DNA of 64,000 nucleotides, from the IMG/VR virus record IMGVR_UViG_3300007735_000799, positions 55,267 to 119,266 of that record; one strand, 5' to 3'. Both the position numbers and the translations under genes were made by a program. Positions 43,912 through 51,581 of this stretch are shown piece after piece. The notes beneath the pieces are model-generated. The model was given only the letters and a program-made list of their open reading frames with translations, had not been told where the DNA came from and did no database searches. This DNA comes from a virus. Each line of letters begins with the position of its first letter. Position 1 is the first letter of the stretch.

Positions 43912-44378
43912 GCACGGAAAGCATCGTCTGCATCCGGCTGGTCAATGCTCATTACCGCTTCGTTGTGCAGGTGAGCGTGAATGTTCAGCCAATACTCGCC
44001 ACGATTTCTGCGAAACAAGGAGCCAGGATGAATCGGAATATGCGACAGCACTTCGCGTTCCATTTTGTGATACGCACGAATATCCTTGAAATACTTCAGA
44101 TACTCGCCAGGCTTCAGAATATCGTGATTGCCTTTAATAAGAATCTTGCGACCCTTTAGTTCACCTAGAATCTTGAGACTCTTGTTGGTAAACGCCACAT
44201 CGCCAAGCACATACACCTTGTCATCCTTGCCAACGGTGGCGTTCCAACGCTTCACCATCTCGGCATCGCCTTCTTCAGCCGTCTTGAATGGTCGCACCTT
44301 GGTTCCATCTTTGCGAGAAAACGAATACAGTTTCTCGTGACCAAAGTGAGTGCAACCTATAAAGAAAACATCATTCAT
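43812..44378 (-). CDS. Calcineurin-like metallophosphoesterase
   Basis: GCTHFGH, LGDV, GNHD, SHIP, HAHLH. Confidence 0.9.
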   Translation of the reverse strand: MNDVFFIGCTHFGHEKLYSFSRKDGTKVRPFKTAEEGDAEMVKRWNATVGKDDKVYVLGDVAFTNKSLKILGELKGRKILIKGNHDILKPGEYLKYFKDIRAYHKMEREVLSHIPIHPGSLFRRNRGEYWLNIHAHLHNEAVMSIDQPDADDAFRACQTEDPRYFSVCVERINYTPISLAEIRKRVWG

Positions 44379-44380
44379 GG

Positions 44381-44746
44381 TTAAAGTTCCTTGTGCCAGC
44401 CTTTTTCAGGAATCCACCCGTTTTGATGCAACCAATTCCAAATGCTTCGGGCAATAGCAGCAGGATACTCGGTGTGAGAGTCTTCACGGTGTATAGTATA
44501 CTCTTTATCCTGTAATCCTGCAATAGTGCAAGGAACAGTAATACTGTTTGTGTTTGCACTTTTATAAATTATAAGAACTCGTCTGTGCCAATCCATACTA
44601 AAATTAGGATTCACGGTATCAACATACTCAACATGGTCATAGCGAAACTGCATGTGACTTTTGCCGTCAGGAGAAAACAGATAAGTTACCCACCTGTTAT
44701 CCCTGAAATCTAAATCTGCAATTTCACTTGGATGTGAGTTGTTCAT
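44381..44746 (-). CDS. Small protein, W-x-x-L-x-x-x-G helix family
   Basis: AIARSIWNWLHQNGW; paralog of 44750..45085. Confidence 0.65.
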   Translation of the reverse strand: MNNSHPSEIADLDFRDNRWVTYLFSPDGKSHMQFRYDHVEYVDTVNPNFSMDWHRRVLIIYKSANTNSITVPCTIAGLQDKEYTIHREDSHTEYPAAIARSIWNWLHQNGWIPEKGWHKEL

Positions 44747-44749
44747 AGT

Positions 44750-45085
44750 TTAAAATCCTGAGACTCGTCCTGTTTCCGGCTTCCATCCGCAAGGAATCAG
44801 CAGCCAGTTCCAAATCTTTCTGGCTTCTGTAATACGACATTCGTAATACTGGTTACGGTTAAGTGTGTATTCCTCGCTACCATCATTGACCGGAATACTC
44901 AAATATCCGTGAAGATATCCTGTAACATGACTCTTGTAAACAATTCCAACATAATCGTCAACGCTGTTTTTGCCTGTATCGTAGTAGTGAAATTCCACAC
45001 AATCCTTTTGTGTAGGAGACACCATAAAGGTTATCCACTTTCCTCCACGAACATCCCAAACGCTAAGATCACGAGTAGTGTTCAT
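44750..45085 (-). CDS. Small protein, W-x-x-L-x-x-x-G helix family
   Basis: TEARKIWNWLLIPCGW. Confidence 0.65.
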   Translation of the reverse strand: MNTTRDLSVWDVRGGKWITFMVSPTQKDCVEFHYYDTGKNSVDDYVGIVYKSHVTGYLHGYLSIPVNDGSEEYTLNRNQYYECRITEARKIWNWLLIPCGWKPETGRVSGF

Positions 45086-45263
45086 CGTCAGTTTCCGTTG
45101 TTACTTCATCAACCGTGGGCACACGATTCAAGACCCGAAACATACGCCAAGCCTGACACGCAGTACAGGTGGCGTCATAGTCGGGACATTGCACTCCCCA
45201 CTCAGCAACCATGCGTTCAAGCAGACTCAACGCTTTCTCCTGAATCCAAACACAGGCGCACAC
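45069..45263 (-). CDS. Small Cys-containing protein
   Basis: CPDYDATCTACQAW. Confidence 0.5.
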   Translation of the reverse strand: MCACVWIQEKALSLLERMVAEWGVQCPDYDATCTACQAWRMFRVLNRVPTVDEVTTETDDEHYS

Positions 45264-45760
45264 AACAGCAGCGCAACCGATGCAGGTGCAGGCACAGATG
45301 AAACTTCAAAAGTTCCCGAGATTGCGGCTTGGTCGCCGGGAGTCAAGGTGAAGTGCAATCGCATTTCAATACCTGTAGACGCGGGAAGCGAACTACCAGC
45401 AGACACCCAACCAAAACTATTGGTATACGAATTACCACCGCGAGCAGGAGCCGTTAAAGTAAACGCGGTGCTAGGCATAGCCTGAACCTGCACAGAGTTA
45501 ATCCATGCGGTATACAACATGCCAGAATCAGCGGAAAGGGTTGCTCCATCACGATTAAAATCGCTGAGAACAACGCTAACCGAACCTCGCATATAAGCAG
45601 GAGCAGTTAGCACACCCAATCCGTTAGTCGCAGAGAAATCGTATGTTTGAGTGGTAAAGGTGTTATTGGTTACAATCTGTGAAATTGAAACCAAAGCGGC
45701 TTGTGAAGCATTGGTTGCGGCAAGAGCGAGAACGGTAGTGGCGAGTAGCGGATTACGCAT
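45227..45760 (-). CDS. Secreted protein with PEP-CTERM-like (VPAP) sorting signal
   Basis: Signal peptide MRNPLLATTVLALAATNASQA; C-terminus VPAPASVALLLCAPVFGFRRKR. Confidence 0.85.
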   Translation of the reverse strand: MRNPLLATTVLALAATNASQAALVSISQIVTNNTFTTQTYDFSATNGLGVLTAPAYMRGSVSVVLSDFNRDGATLSADSGMLYTAWINSVQVQAMPSTAFTLTAPARGGNSYTNSFGWVSAGSSLPASTGIEMRLHFTLTPGDQAAISGTFEVSSVPAPASVALLLCAPVFGFRRKR

Positions 45761-46229
45761 TGCGAGAAGTCTTTCGTAGAGAGAAAATTGCGGAACAAAT
45801 CAAGATGACAATAGAGGCGGGTGACGGAACAGGTGGGGGTGGTGGCGGTTCAGGTTCGGGAGTGCCAAGATACGGCACAGAAGTAGTGCTTGGCGTGAGT
45901 GGCACACCCATACAAAACCCTTCAACACGATCAAATGTCACAGAGAACGAAAATACTTGATTGCTGAATTGATACACGCCCACAAGTTGATCGTTTAGAT
46001 ACAGTTTGTAAATCCACAAACCAGTTGCTTCACCTGTAAACATGGTGTTACTGTATTCAGCAAGAGGAACAGTATTCCCCTGAATGGAACTACCAAACTC
46101 TGTAGGCATGGTGAGTGCCGCCTTATACTGCGGCGGTTCGCAGTAAGTCTGTGTAGTGTAAGTAGAACCTTCGTAACTAGCGGTGTACGGCTTGTTGCCG
46201 CTACCGTAAAAGATTGATGTGAATCCCAT
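45753..46229 (-). CDS. Protein with Pro-rich linker and PEP-CTERM-like (VPSP) tail
   Basis: PEPEPPPPPPVPSPASIVILICSAIFSLRKTSR; no obvious N-terminal signal peptide. Confidence 0.65.
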   Translation of the reverse strand: MGFTSIFYGSGNKPYTASYEGSTYTTQTYCEPPQYKAALTMPTEFGSSIQGNTVPLAEYSNTMFTGEATGLWIYKLYLNDQLVGVYQFSNQVFSFSVTFDRVEGFCMGVPLTPSTTSVPYLGTPEPEPPPPPPVPSPASIVILICSAIFSLRKTSRNA

Positions 46230-46231
46230 AA

Positions 46232-46444
46232 TTATCTCCTTCGGTCGTTGATGGCTTGTGCCCGACGCAGATTTTCGCGGTCATCAGGATTCACCATCAC
46301 AAGATCAGGTGCAGTTTTATGCTGCCAGTCCATAAAACCCTTGTAGGCGCGAACCGATGAACACTTCACGCAAGTCTCTGTGAGAGGAAGGGCTTGCAGA
46401 CGAATCACGGGAATCTCAATCCCGCACTTGATACACGGGCGCAT
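46232..46444 (-). CDS. TraR/DksA-like C4 zinc-finger protein
   Basis: CIKCGIEIPVIRLQALPLTETCVKCS. Confidence 0.8.
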   Translation of the reverse strand: MRPCIKCGIEIPVIRLQALPLTETCVKCSSVRAYKGFMDWQHKTAPDLVMVNPDDRENLRRAQAINDRRR

Positions 46445-46637
46445 TGTAACCTCGGGTAAAAGTTTGCTTGATGGTTCGGCACTCAACACGGGCTTCGCCG
46501 TCTTTGTGCATACGACGCTGCTTCAGAATGCCGCGATTCCATCCGAACGGCTTGCAGATATGCGGAGCAAGTCGGCGAATAGCAGCAGACTCACGCTCGG
46601 CTTCCATATCAAATCGGTCTAGAACACGCTTAGGCAT
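46416..46637 (-). CDS. Hypothetical early protein
   Basis: First ORF after a leaderless promoter. Confidence 0.55.
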   Translation of the reverse strand: MPKRVLDRFDMEAERESAAIRRLAPHICKPFGWNRGILKQRRMHKDGEARVECRTIKQTFTRGYNAPVYQVRD

Positions 46638-46643
46638 TACTAT

Positions 46644-46671
46644 AGTATACCCTATATTAAATCACAGTCAA
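46644..46671 (-). promoter_or_regulatory. sigma70-type promoter, leaderless
   Basis: TTGACT-16-TATACT-6 nt-ATG(46637). Confidence 0.75.
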
Positions 46672-46714
46672 GGCATAATTGAAATTTAAAATATTTAAAT
46701 ATTTTAAATTAAAT

Positions 46715-46744
46715 AAAAACGGCGAGTTTAACCTCGCCGCTTTT
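46715..46744. terminator. Rho-independent terminator
   Basis: AAAAA-CGGCGAG-loop-CTCGCCG-CTTTT. Confidence 0.75.
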
Positions 46745-46765
46745 ACAAATTTAAATTTATGATAT

Positions 46766-48706
46766 TTAGTTTGTTGTTGGTGGAATATAGGTTTGATTTA
46801 CTCCACCAGTCTCTATAGTATAACCAGTTCTGAGAATGTCAGCATAATTAGCATTTGAAGAATATGCTGGATTATTGCCGGGAGAGTAGAGATTTGCTCT
46901 AGCATCAATTCCACCTATACCATCACTACCAACAACTTTACTGTTTGCAAATTGTGTACCCTTAGATGGTCTTATTGTGCAAGTATCATCTTCAACCAAG
47001 ATACCGCCAACGATTTGTGTGTTTACACCTGTTCCTGTGAAACCACCTATGAATAAGGCATCCATATCAGGATTTCTAGAGAAATCCAAAGATGCTCCCT
47101 CACGCATTCTCAACGCTCCCATATAAACGGTTGCATTATTTGAACCACGAGACGAGTAATATACATTTGCACCATGAGCGAGCACATTACCTAACTGACA
47201 ATTTCCTAAAAGTTCTAGAGAATAAGAGGTTATTGCTCCTAACTCCGAATCACTTCTTGTTTGATCCCAATCTGGTGTGCCGTCTCTAGTGTTTGAATAC
47301 ATTTCTATAGAAGGAACAAAGGTGTAGAATCCTGTCACCGAATCTGCTGTAGCATAAATTGGGCCAGCAGTTCCACCAAACTCACCAACTCCAATTAGAG
47401 GATTTGTTGTGGACCAAGTAAATCCTGACATGCCTTTAGCGTAATTAGTGTTGTAGGTTGACGGATTTGTATTTGCAAGTATTCTGTTGTTCCAAGGTAA
47501 ATCTGTTTTTGCAGAAGCAGTTCCGTATGTTGCTTGTCTAGCACCAGCGGTTATTCCACCTGCAAAATATAGAACCCAAGGATGATAACGAGGATCATTA
47601 TTCTCAGTATCAATAACCAATCCACCAACTCTTGATTGTGGGCCTACAGATGTGTAATTGTGATAATCGGTTTGAATGCTTCCTGCTGTGCAAGCCTCAA
47701 ACATCATAGCCGCATCTCCTTGAGAAATGACGGAACGGAAAGTACCTGTTCTAAACACATAAGAGTGTAAAGGATTTCCACGACTTAGAATTTTAAGATC
47801 TGAAACAATCTGATTACTACCAGCAAGTTTGTCTCCAACCGTGTTGATGTCTAAGTTAAAAATTCTGTTTTGTGGTGTTGCGTTATCTCCTGGAGAGATT
47901 AAAAAGGCGGTTCTTGTGCCGAGAGAATCCTTTCCGCCTACACGAACTCGCAAACCTGCTTTTGCTTCTGCTGAAATTGAAGCATCAGTTCCCGTCCATC
48001 CTCCGCCAACCCAAGCATTCTCTGCTCTAGTATTAATGTCTCCCGCAGTATAACCTTGGAGAGAAAGATTCCATACACTCTTCAAGTAACGAAGAATATC
48101 TCCTGTAATTCCTCCTCCCAGATAAGGGAATGGATATTTGCTACTTTCCGAATTACTGATTGCTTGAACGGGGGTTGCTATTCCGCTTCCGTGTGGGTTG
48201 ATTGTCTGAAGCATTTGGAAGTAAAATGCTTCAGGGTTAATTCCAATATATGATGCAGCATTATTGATATTTTCTGTGCTGAATATTTTATTTGGCTCGT
48301 TAACAGAAACAGTACTATTAATAAGTTTTAGACTAATTGCATTAGATACCGAATCCATGCCGCTAACAGCAAGATTATCGGTTGCAATCACCATCATTGC
48401 GCCGCCTCCTGTAACACCAGCAGTATAGCCTGTGGAGCCGTGAGCATCGCCAGCGGTTTGACCTTGACACCAATTGCCTGCCGTACTACCAATACCGGTT
48501 GAGCCACTATAGCCACCGTATAGAAGTGGACTGAAGCAGTGAAGATCAGTACCGATCTTTACGGTATCGTTTCCTTGTGGTAATCTGCCGTAGGTTGAAG
48601 CACGAATAATTCCTTGATTTGTGCTTACTGCCCAGTTATTAATATTGTTCCAATAAAATTTTGTTATATTGTTGCCTGTGGAACCGATCCAGTGGAATTC
48701 TGCCAT
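46766..48706 (-). CDS. Gly/Thr/Asn-rich beta-structured virion protein (adhesin/tail-appendage-like)
   Basis: FHWIGSTG...WNNINNW start; YPFPYLGGG; C-terminal half similar to 62685..>64000. Confidence 0.65.
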   Translation of the reverse strand: MAEFHWIGSTGNNITKFYWNNINNWAVSTNQGIIRASTYGRLPQGNDTVKIGTDLHCFSPLLYGGYSGSTGIGSTAGNWCQGQTAGDAHGSTGYTAGVTGGGAMMVIATDNLAVSGMDSVSNAISLKLINSTVSVNEPNKIFSTENINNAASYIGINPEAFYFQMLQTINPHGSGIATPVQAISNSESSKYPFPYLGGGITGDILRYLKSVWNLSLQGYTAGDINTRAENAWVGGGWTGTDASISAEAKAGLRVRVGGKDSLGTRTAFLISPGDNATPQNRIFNLDINTVGDKLAGSNQIVSDLKILSRGNPLHSYVFRTGTFRSVISQGDAAMMFEACTAGSIQTDYHNYTSVGPQSRVGGLVIDTENNDPRYHPWVLYFAGGITAGARQATYGTASAKTDLPWNNRILANTNPSTYNTNYAKGMSGFTWSTTNPLIGVGEFGGTAGPIYATADSVTGFYTFVPSIEMYSNTRDGTPDWDQTRSDSELGAITSYSLELLGNCQLGNVLAHGANVYYSSRGSNNATVYMGALRMREGASLDFSRNPDMDALFIGGFTGTGVNTQIVGGILVEDDTCTIRPSKGTQFANSKVVGSDGIGGIDARANLYSPGNNPAYSSNANYADILRTGYTIETGGVNQTYIPPTTN

Positions 48707-48841
48707 TAGTGTTCTCCCTTTGAGAATTAGTAGTGGTTATAAAGTCTATACCTTGTGTTAGGTGTATTTATTATTAAAGGGATTTTCGTTACCATTTTTT
48801 TTATTATTTTCTATTTTATTGCATTTTTACTTAAATAGAGT

Positions 48842-49342
48842 ATGCTTGACACTATGGAAACGGTGATACCTTTACCCCCAAAATTCCCTAATATCGACCA
48901 ATTTGTCTATTGGGCGATTAAAACGACTCTTATTAAGAAGGTTCCAGAACGAGCAATCAACGAAATGGGACTTCATAAATGGTGGATTATGCGAGATTAC
49001 TCTCGTGGCGTTAACTCGCCCGAAACTTATGTAATGTTTGTAAATATTGATGTAAACAACCCTCCAATATGTGAATTAAACACCGCTTTTGTGTGTTGGA
49101 ATCCAAGATCGTTTGGTTGGCGAATGTGGGAAAGGTGTTGGCGAGCACTAAAAAAGGCAAACTACCCGAAGCGTGGAGACTTGCTACAAGTTATTCCATT
49201 AATAGAAGGAATGAGTTTCAATTTGCGTCAGATGGTTCCTATTGCATCTAAAGCAGAACAATCTCGTAGGCTTTGGTATAACATGCAGGGAATAGGTTGG
49301 ACTCTTGTTGCTCAAGGCGAAACTCTAATTCGCAAACCATAA
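48842..49342 (+). CDS. Protein with two W-x-x-L-x-x-x-G-like helices
   Basis: RCWRALKKANY and SRRLWYNMQGIGW; TTGCAT-16-TATGCT upstream of ATG 48854. Confidence 0.6.
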   Translation: MLDTMETVIPLPPKFPNIDQFVYWAIKTTLIKKVPERAINEMGLHKWWIMRDYSRGVNSPETYVMFVNIDVNNPPICELNTAFVCWNPRSFGWRMWERCWRALKKANYPKRGDLLQVIPLIEGMSFNLRQMVPIASKAEQSRRLWYNMQGIGWTLVAQGETLIRKP

Positions 49343-49364
49343 ATACATTCAAAGGATTTATACT

Positions 49365-49736
49365 ATGCATTCCTCTACACATAAAGTTCTGCCACCAAAA
49401 GGCTCAAAGGTTTGGAGTCTAGTATCTCCTGAAACTCCGCAGAACATAAAGCGAATTTTACAGTTCGCACAAGATCCAGTAACAAATATAATTTACATTA
49501 GCAATCTTGGTGATACAGTATTGTCCCTGAGTATACACCATACCGAACATCTTGGTTCTCCTGTTAGTGGGAAATCTTCTTTGAGTTTACGAGAACTGAA
49601 CTCTTCCACTCCTGCTACTAGTGTCCATGATGTAACATTGTATCCTGTGGAAAAATCTGGCTCTTATGTGACAAGTTTGGATTTTGCTCGTAAGATTTGG
49701 GATAACTTGGTAAACGCTGGCTACAAGACTGTTTAA
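49365..49736 (+). CDS. Small protein, W-x-x-L-x-x-x-G helix family
   Basis: FARKIWDNLVNAGY. Confidence 0.65.
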   Translation: MHSSTHKVLPPKGSKVWSLVSPETPQNIKRILQFAQDPVTNIIYISNLGDTVLSLSIHHTEHLGSPVSGKSSLSLRELNSSTPATSVHDVTLYPVEKSGSYVTSLDFARKIWDNLVNAGYKTV

Positions 49737-49747
49737 AGGAGTCTAAA

Positions 49748-49960
49748 ATGTCTAGAATCAAGGAATCAAAAACCCGTTTTGAAGCACGGGAAGACGGTGC
49801 TACTTTTGAAATACAACACGATGAAGACAGCAATCACCTGTGCTTCACAGGACAGAACTATGTGTATTTGGATAAAGATCAGGCGGGGCGTCTTTACGAT
49901 TGGTTGAAGAAAAATCTTCGTCGTATGAACTCGTATAAGCGCAACAGAGAAGCAGCATAA
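49748..49960 (+). CDS. Hypothetical protein
   Basis: AAGGAG RBS, 70 aa. Confidence 0.6.
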   Translation: MSRIKESKTRFEAREDGATFEIQHDEDSNHLCFTGQNYVYLDKDQAGRLYDWLKKNLRRMNSYKRNREAA

Positions 49961-49993
49961 CTACTTACTCACAAATTCATAAAGGATTATCAC

Positions 49994-50194
49994 ATGGCTA
50001 AAAAGGTATCAAAGAAACTCAGTAAAAGCAAGAGCAAGAAGAAGCATGCAGTAAAGGTAAAGTTAAACAAGGATACTCCATACGAAGTGGAGTGGTTGTT
50101 TGTTCCTAAGACTCCTACCGGCAAGTTTAGTGCTTTTGGTGAATGGTTGATTAGAGTTAGCAAGACTGTTTGGACTAAGGTCACCGGTAATTAA
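49994..50194 (+). CDS. Small Lys-rich protein
   Basis: AAGGA RBS; KKVSKKLSKSKSKKK. Confidence 0.55.
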   Translation: MAKKVSKKLSKSKSKKKHAVKVKLNKDTPYEVEWLFVPKTPTGKFSAFGEWLIRVSKTVWTKVTGN

Positions 50195-50195
50195 A

Positions 50196-50885
50196 ATGAA
50201 AACTTTCGGCGATCATCTAGATCAACACAGAGAATACGAACAAGAGATTGCGGAATTCACCTATCTCACTCAGAAAACACATAACGCAAGAATAATTGGT
50301 TATGTTGACGGTACTTCAATCTATTTGTTTGAAGCAAAAAGTTCTGATGGAGTTCTAATTACTTCTGGTTGGCAGGGCGATGAGCCTGCGGGTTGGGGTG
50401 CATCAAAGATTTTGTGTCAAAGATTTCCAAACGCATCGTTTATTCCTTTTGTGTCGCCTGCTTGTTTCAAGAGTAGACAACACCGAAACGATTACGGTCA
50501 GAATGTAGATCGTAGGTGGCCCAATCCTGAAAGTTCAGAAGGCAAAGTTTTAAAAGGAATAACCAAGGATTTAATTCGTCTTGGAAATCGTTGTTTCATT
50601 TCTTTGCAAGAAGATCCACATCGGTTTATTTCGTATTTTTACGGATGGGGTGTGGGAGTAGAAATGGAAGAGTTGATTACTCGCAAACTCAAAGAGCATT
50701 TTCCACTAACAGAAGACCCAAGACATACTGTACACGAAGGTATGTTTGGCGGGTACATGGTGAGTTCTGGTAGCAGAATGGCTATTCAGTTAGAGACTCC
50801 CGGCGATGGTTCTTACACCATCTCTAAGCGTATTGATTGTCAGGTTGATACTGCTTCGGCTATTATTAAAGCCACCGCAGATTAA
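50196..50885 (+). CDS. M14 carboxypeptidase/desuccinylase-fold protein with atypical metal site
   Basis: GWQGDEPAG, GQNVDRRWP, SLQED, QLETP. Confidence 0.65.
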   Translation: MKTFGDHLDQHREYEQEIAEFTYLTQKTHNARIIGYVDGTSIYLFEAKSSDGVLITSGWQGDEPAGWGASKILCQRFPNASFIPFVSPACFKSRQHRNDYGQNVDRRWPNPESSEGKVLKGITKDLIRLGNRCFISLQEDPHRFISYFYGWGVGVEMEELITRKLKEHFPLTEDPRHTVHEGMFGGYMVSSGSRMAIQLETPGDGSYTISKRIDCQVDTASAIIKATAD

Positions 50886-51397
50886 CTTTTAACTTTAAAT
50901 CCCAACGCTTTGGCAATCTTAGGAAACTTCTTAGGATATTTCTCTACCAACTTCTTGAGAGTTTCATAGGCTAGTTGCTGCATGTTCAGCATCTTTTTGC
51001 CCTCAGGAGAAACTTTATCCTTTGCTGGCTCTGCTGACTTTTCAGCGGCTTCTTCCATATCACCCTTGGTTTGTGCGGTAGAGGTGTTGCCGTGCTTTTT
51101 TAAAGTTTTAGGATTGGCTGTGGGAGGAGACTTTGGGTCTTCCGTCTTGGGGGCCAGTTTCTTCTTGCCTTGCCCTGTTCCTGCGTGTTTGGCTAGACTC
51201 AAATCCTCTACGCCAGTAGCCGCTACATGGGTTCCCAGACTCTCTAGAATGACCTGTGTTGCGTTTTCATCTAGAGACCCCTCTACGACCACATATCCTG
51301 CGTGAGTGTGTCTTGCGGTGTATCCCCGATTCTGTAACCGCTCAACCACAAAACGGGCTGAGGATATGGTTGGAAATTTAAAAATAGAGTTGTTCAT
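50882..51397 (-). CDS. Hypothetical late protein
   Basis: 171 aa, CTAAATA and GGGAG upstream. Confidence 0.6.
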   Translation of the reverse strand: MNNSIFKFPTISSARFVVERLQNRGYTARHTHAGYVVVEGSLDENATQVILESLGTHVAATGVEDLSLAKHAGTGQGKKKLAPKTEDPKSPPTANPKTLKKHGNTSTAQTKGDMEEAAEKSAEPAKDKVSPEGKKMLNMQQLAYETLKKLVEKYPKKFPKIAKALGFKVKS

Positions 51398-51417
51398 TTT
51401 CTCTCCCTGTTGCTTCT

Positions 51418-51433
51418 GTATTTAGTTAAATAC
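51418..51433. promoter_or_regulatory. Back-to-back late promoter boxes
   Basis: GTATTTAGTTAAATAC contains TAAATA on both strands between divergent ORFs. Confidence 0.55.
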
Positions 51434-51437
51434 CGAT

Positions 51438-51581
51438 ATGAGCATAAGCGAACAAGAACTACAGACTATTATTCAGGAATTGAAAAACTACCGAGCAAAT
51501 GTTGCTGCTAGCATGATGCGTATACGGGAAATTGAACAATTCTTGGAAAGCCGACTGCCACAGAAACAGCAACAGTCTTAA
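51438..51581 (+). CDS. 47-aa coiled-coil peptide (not in ORF track)
   Basis: MSISEQELQTIIQELKNYRANVAASMMRIREIEQFLESRLPQKQQQS. Confidence 0.5.
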   Translation: MSISEQELQTIIQELKNYRANVAASMMRIREIEQFLESRLPQKQQQS

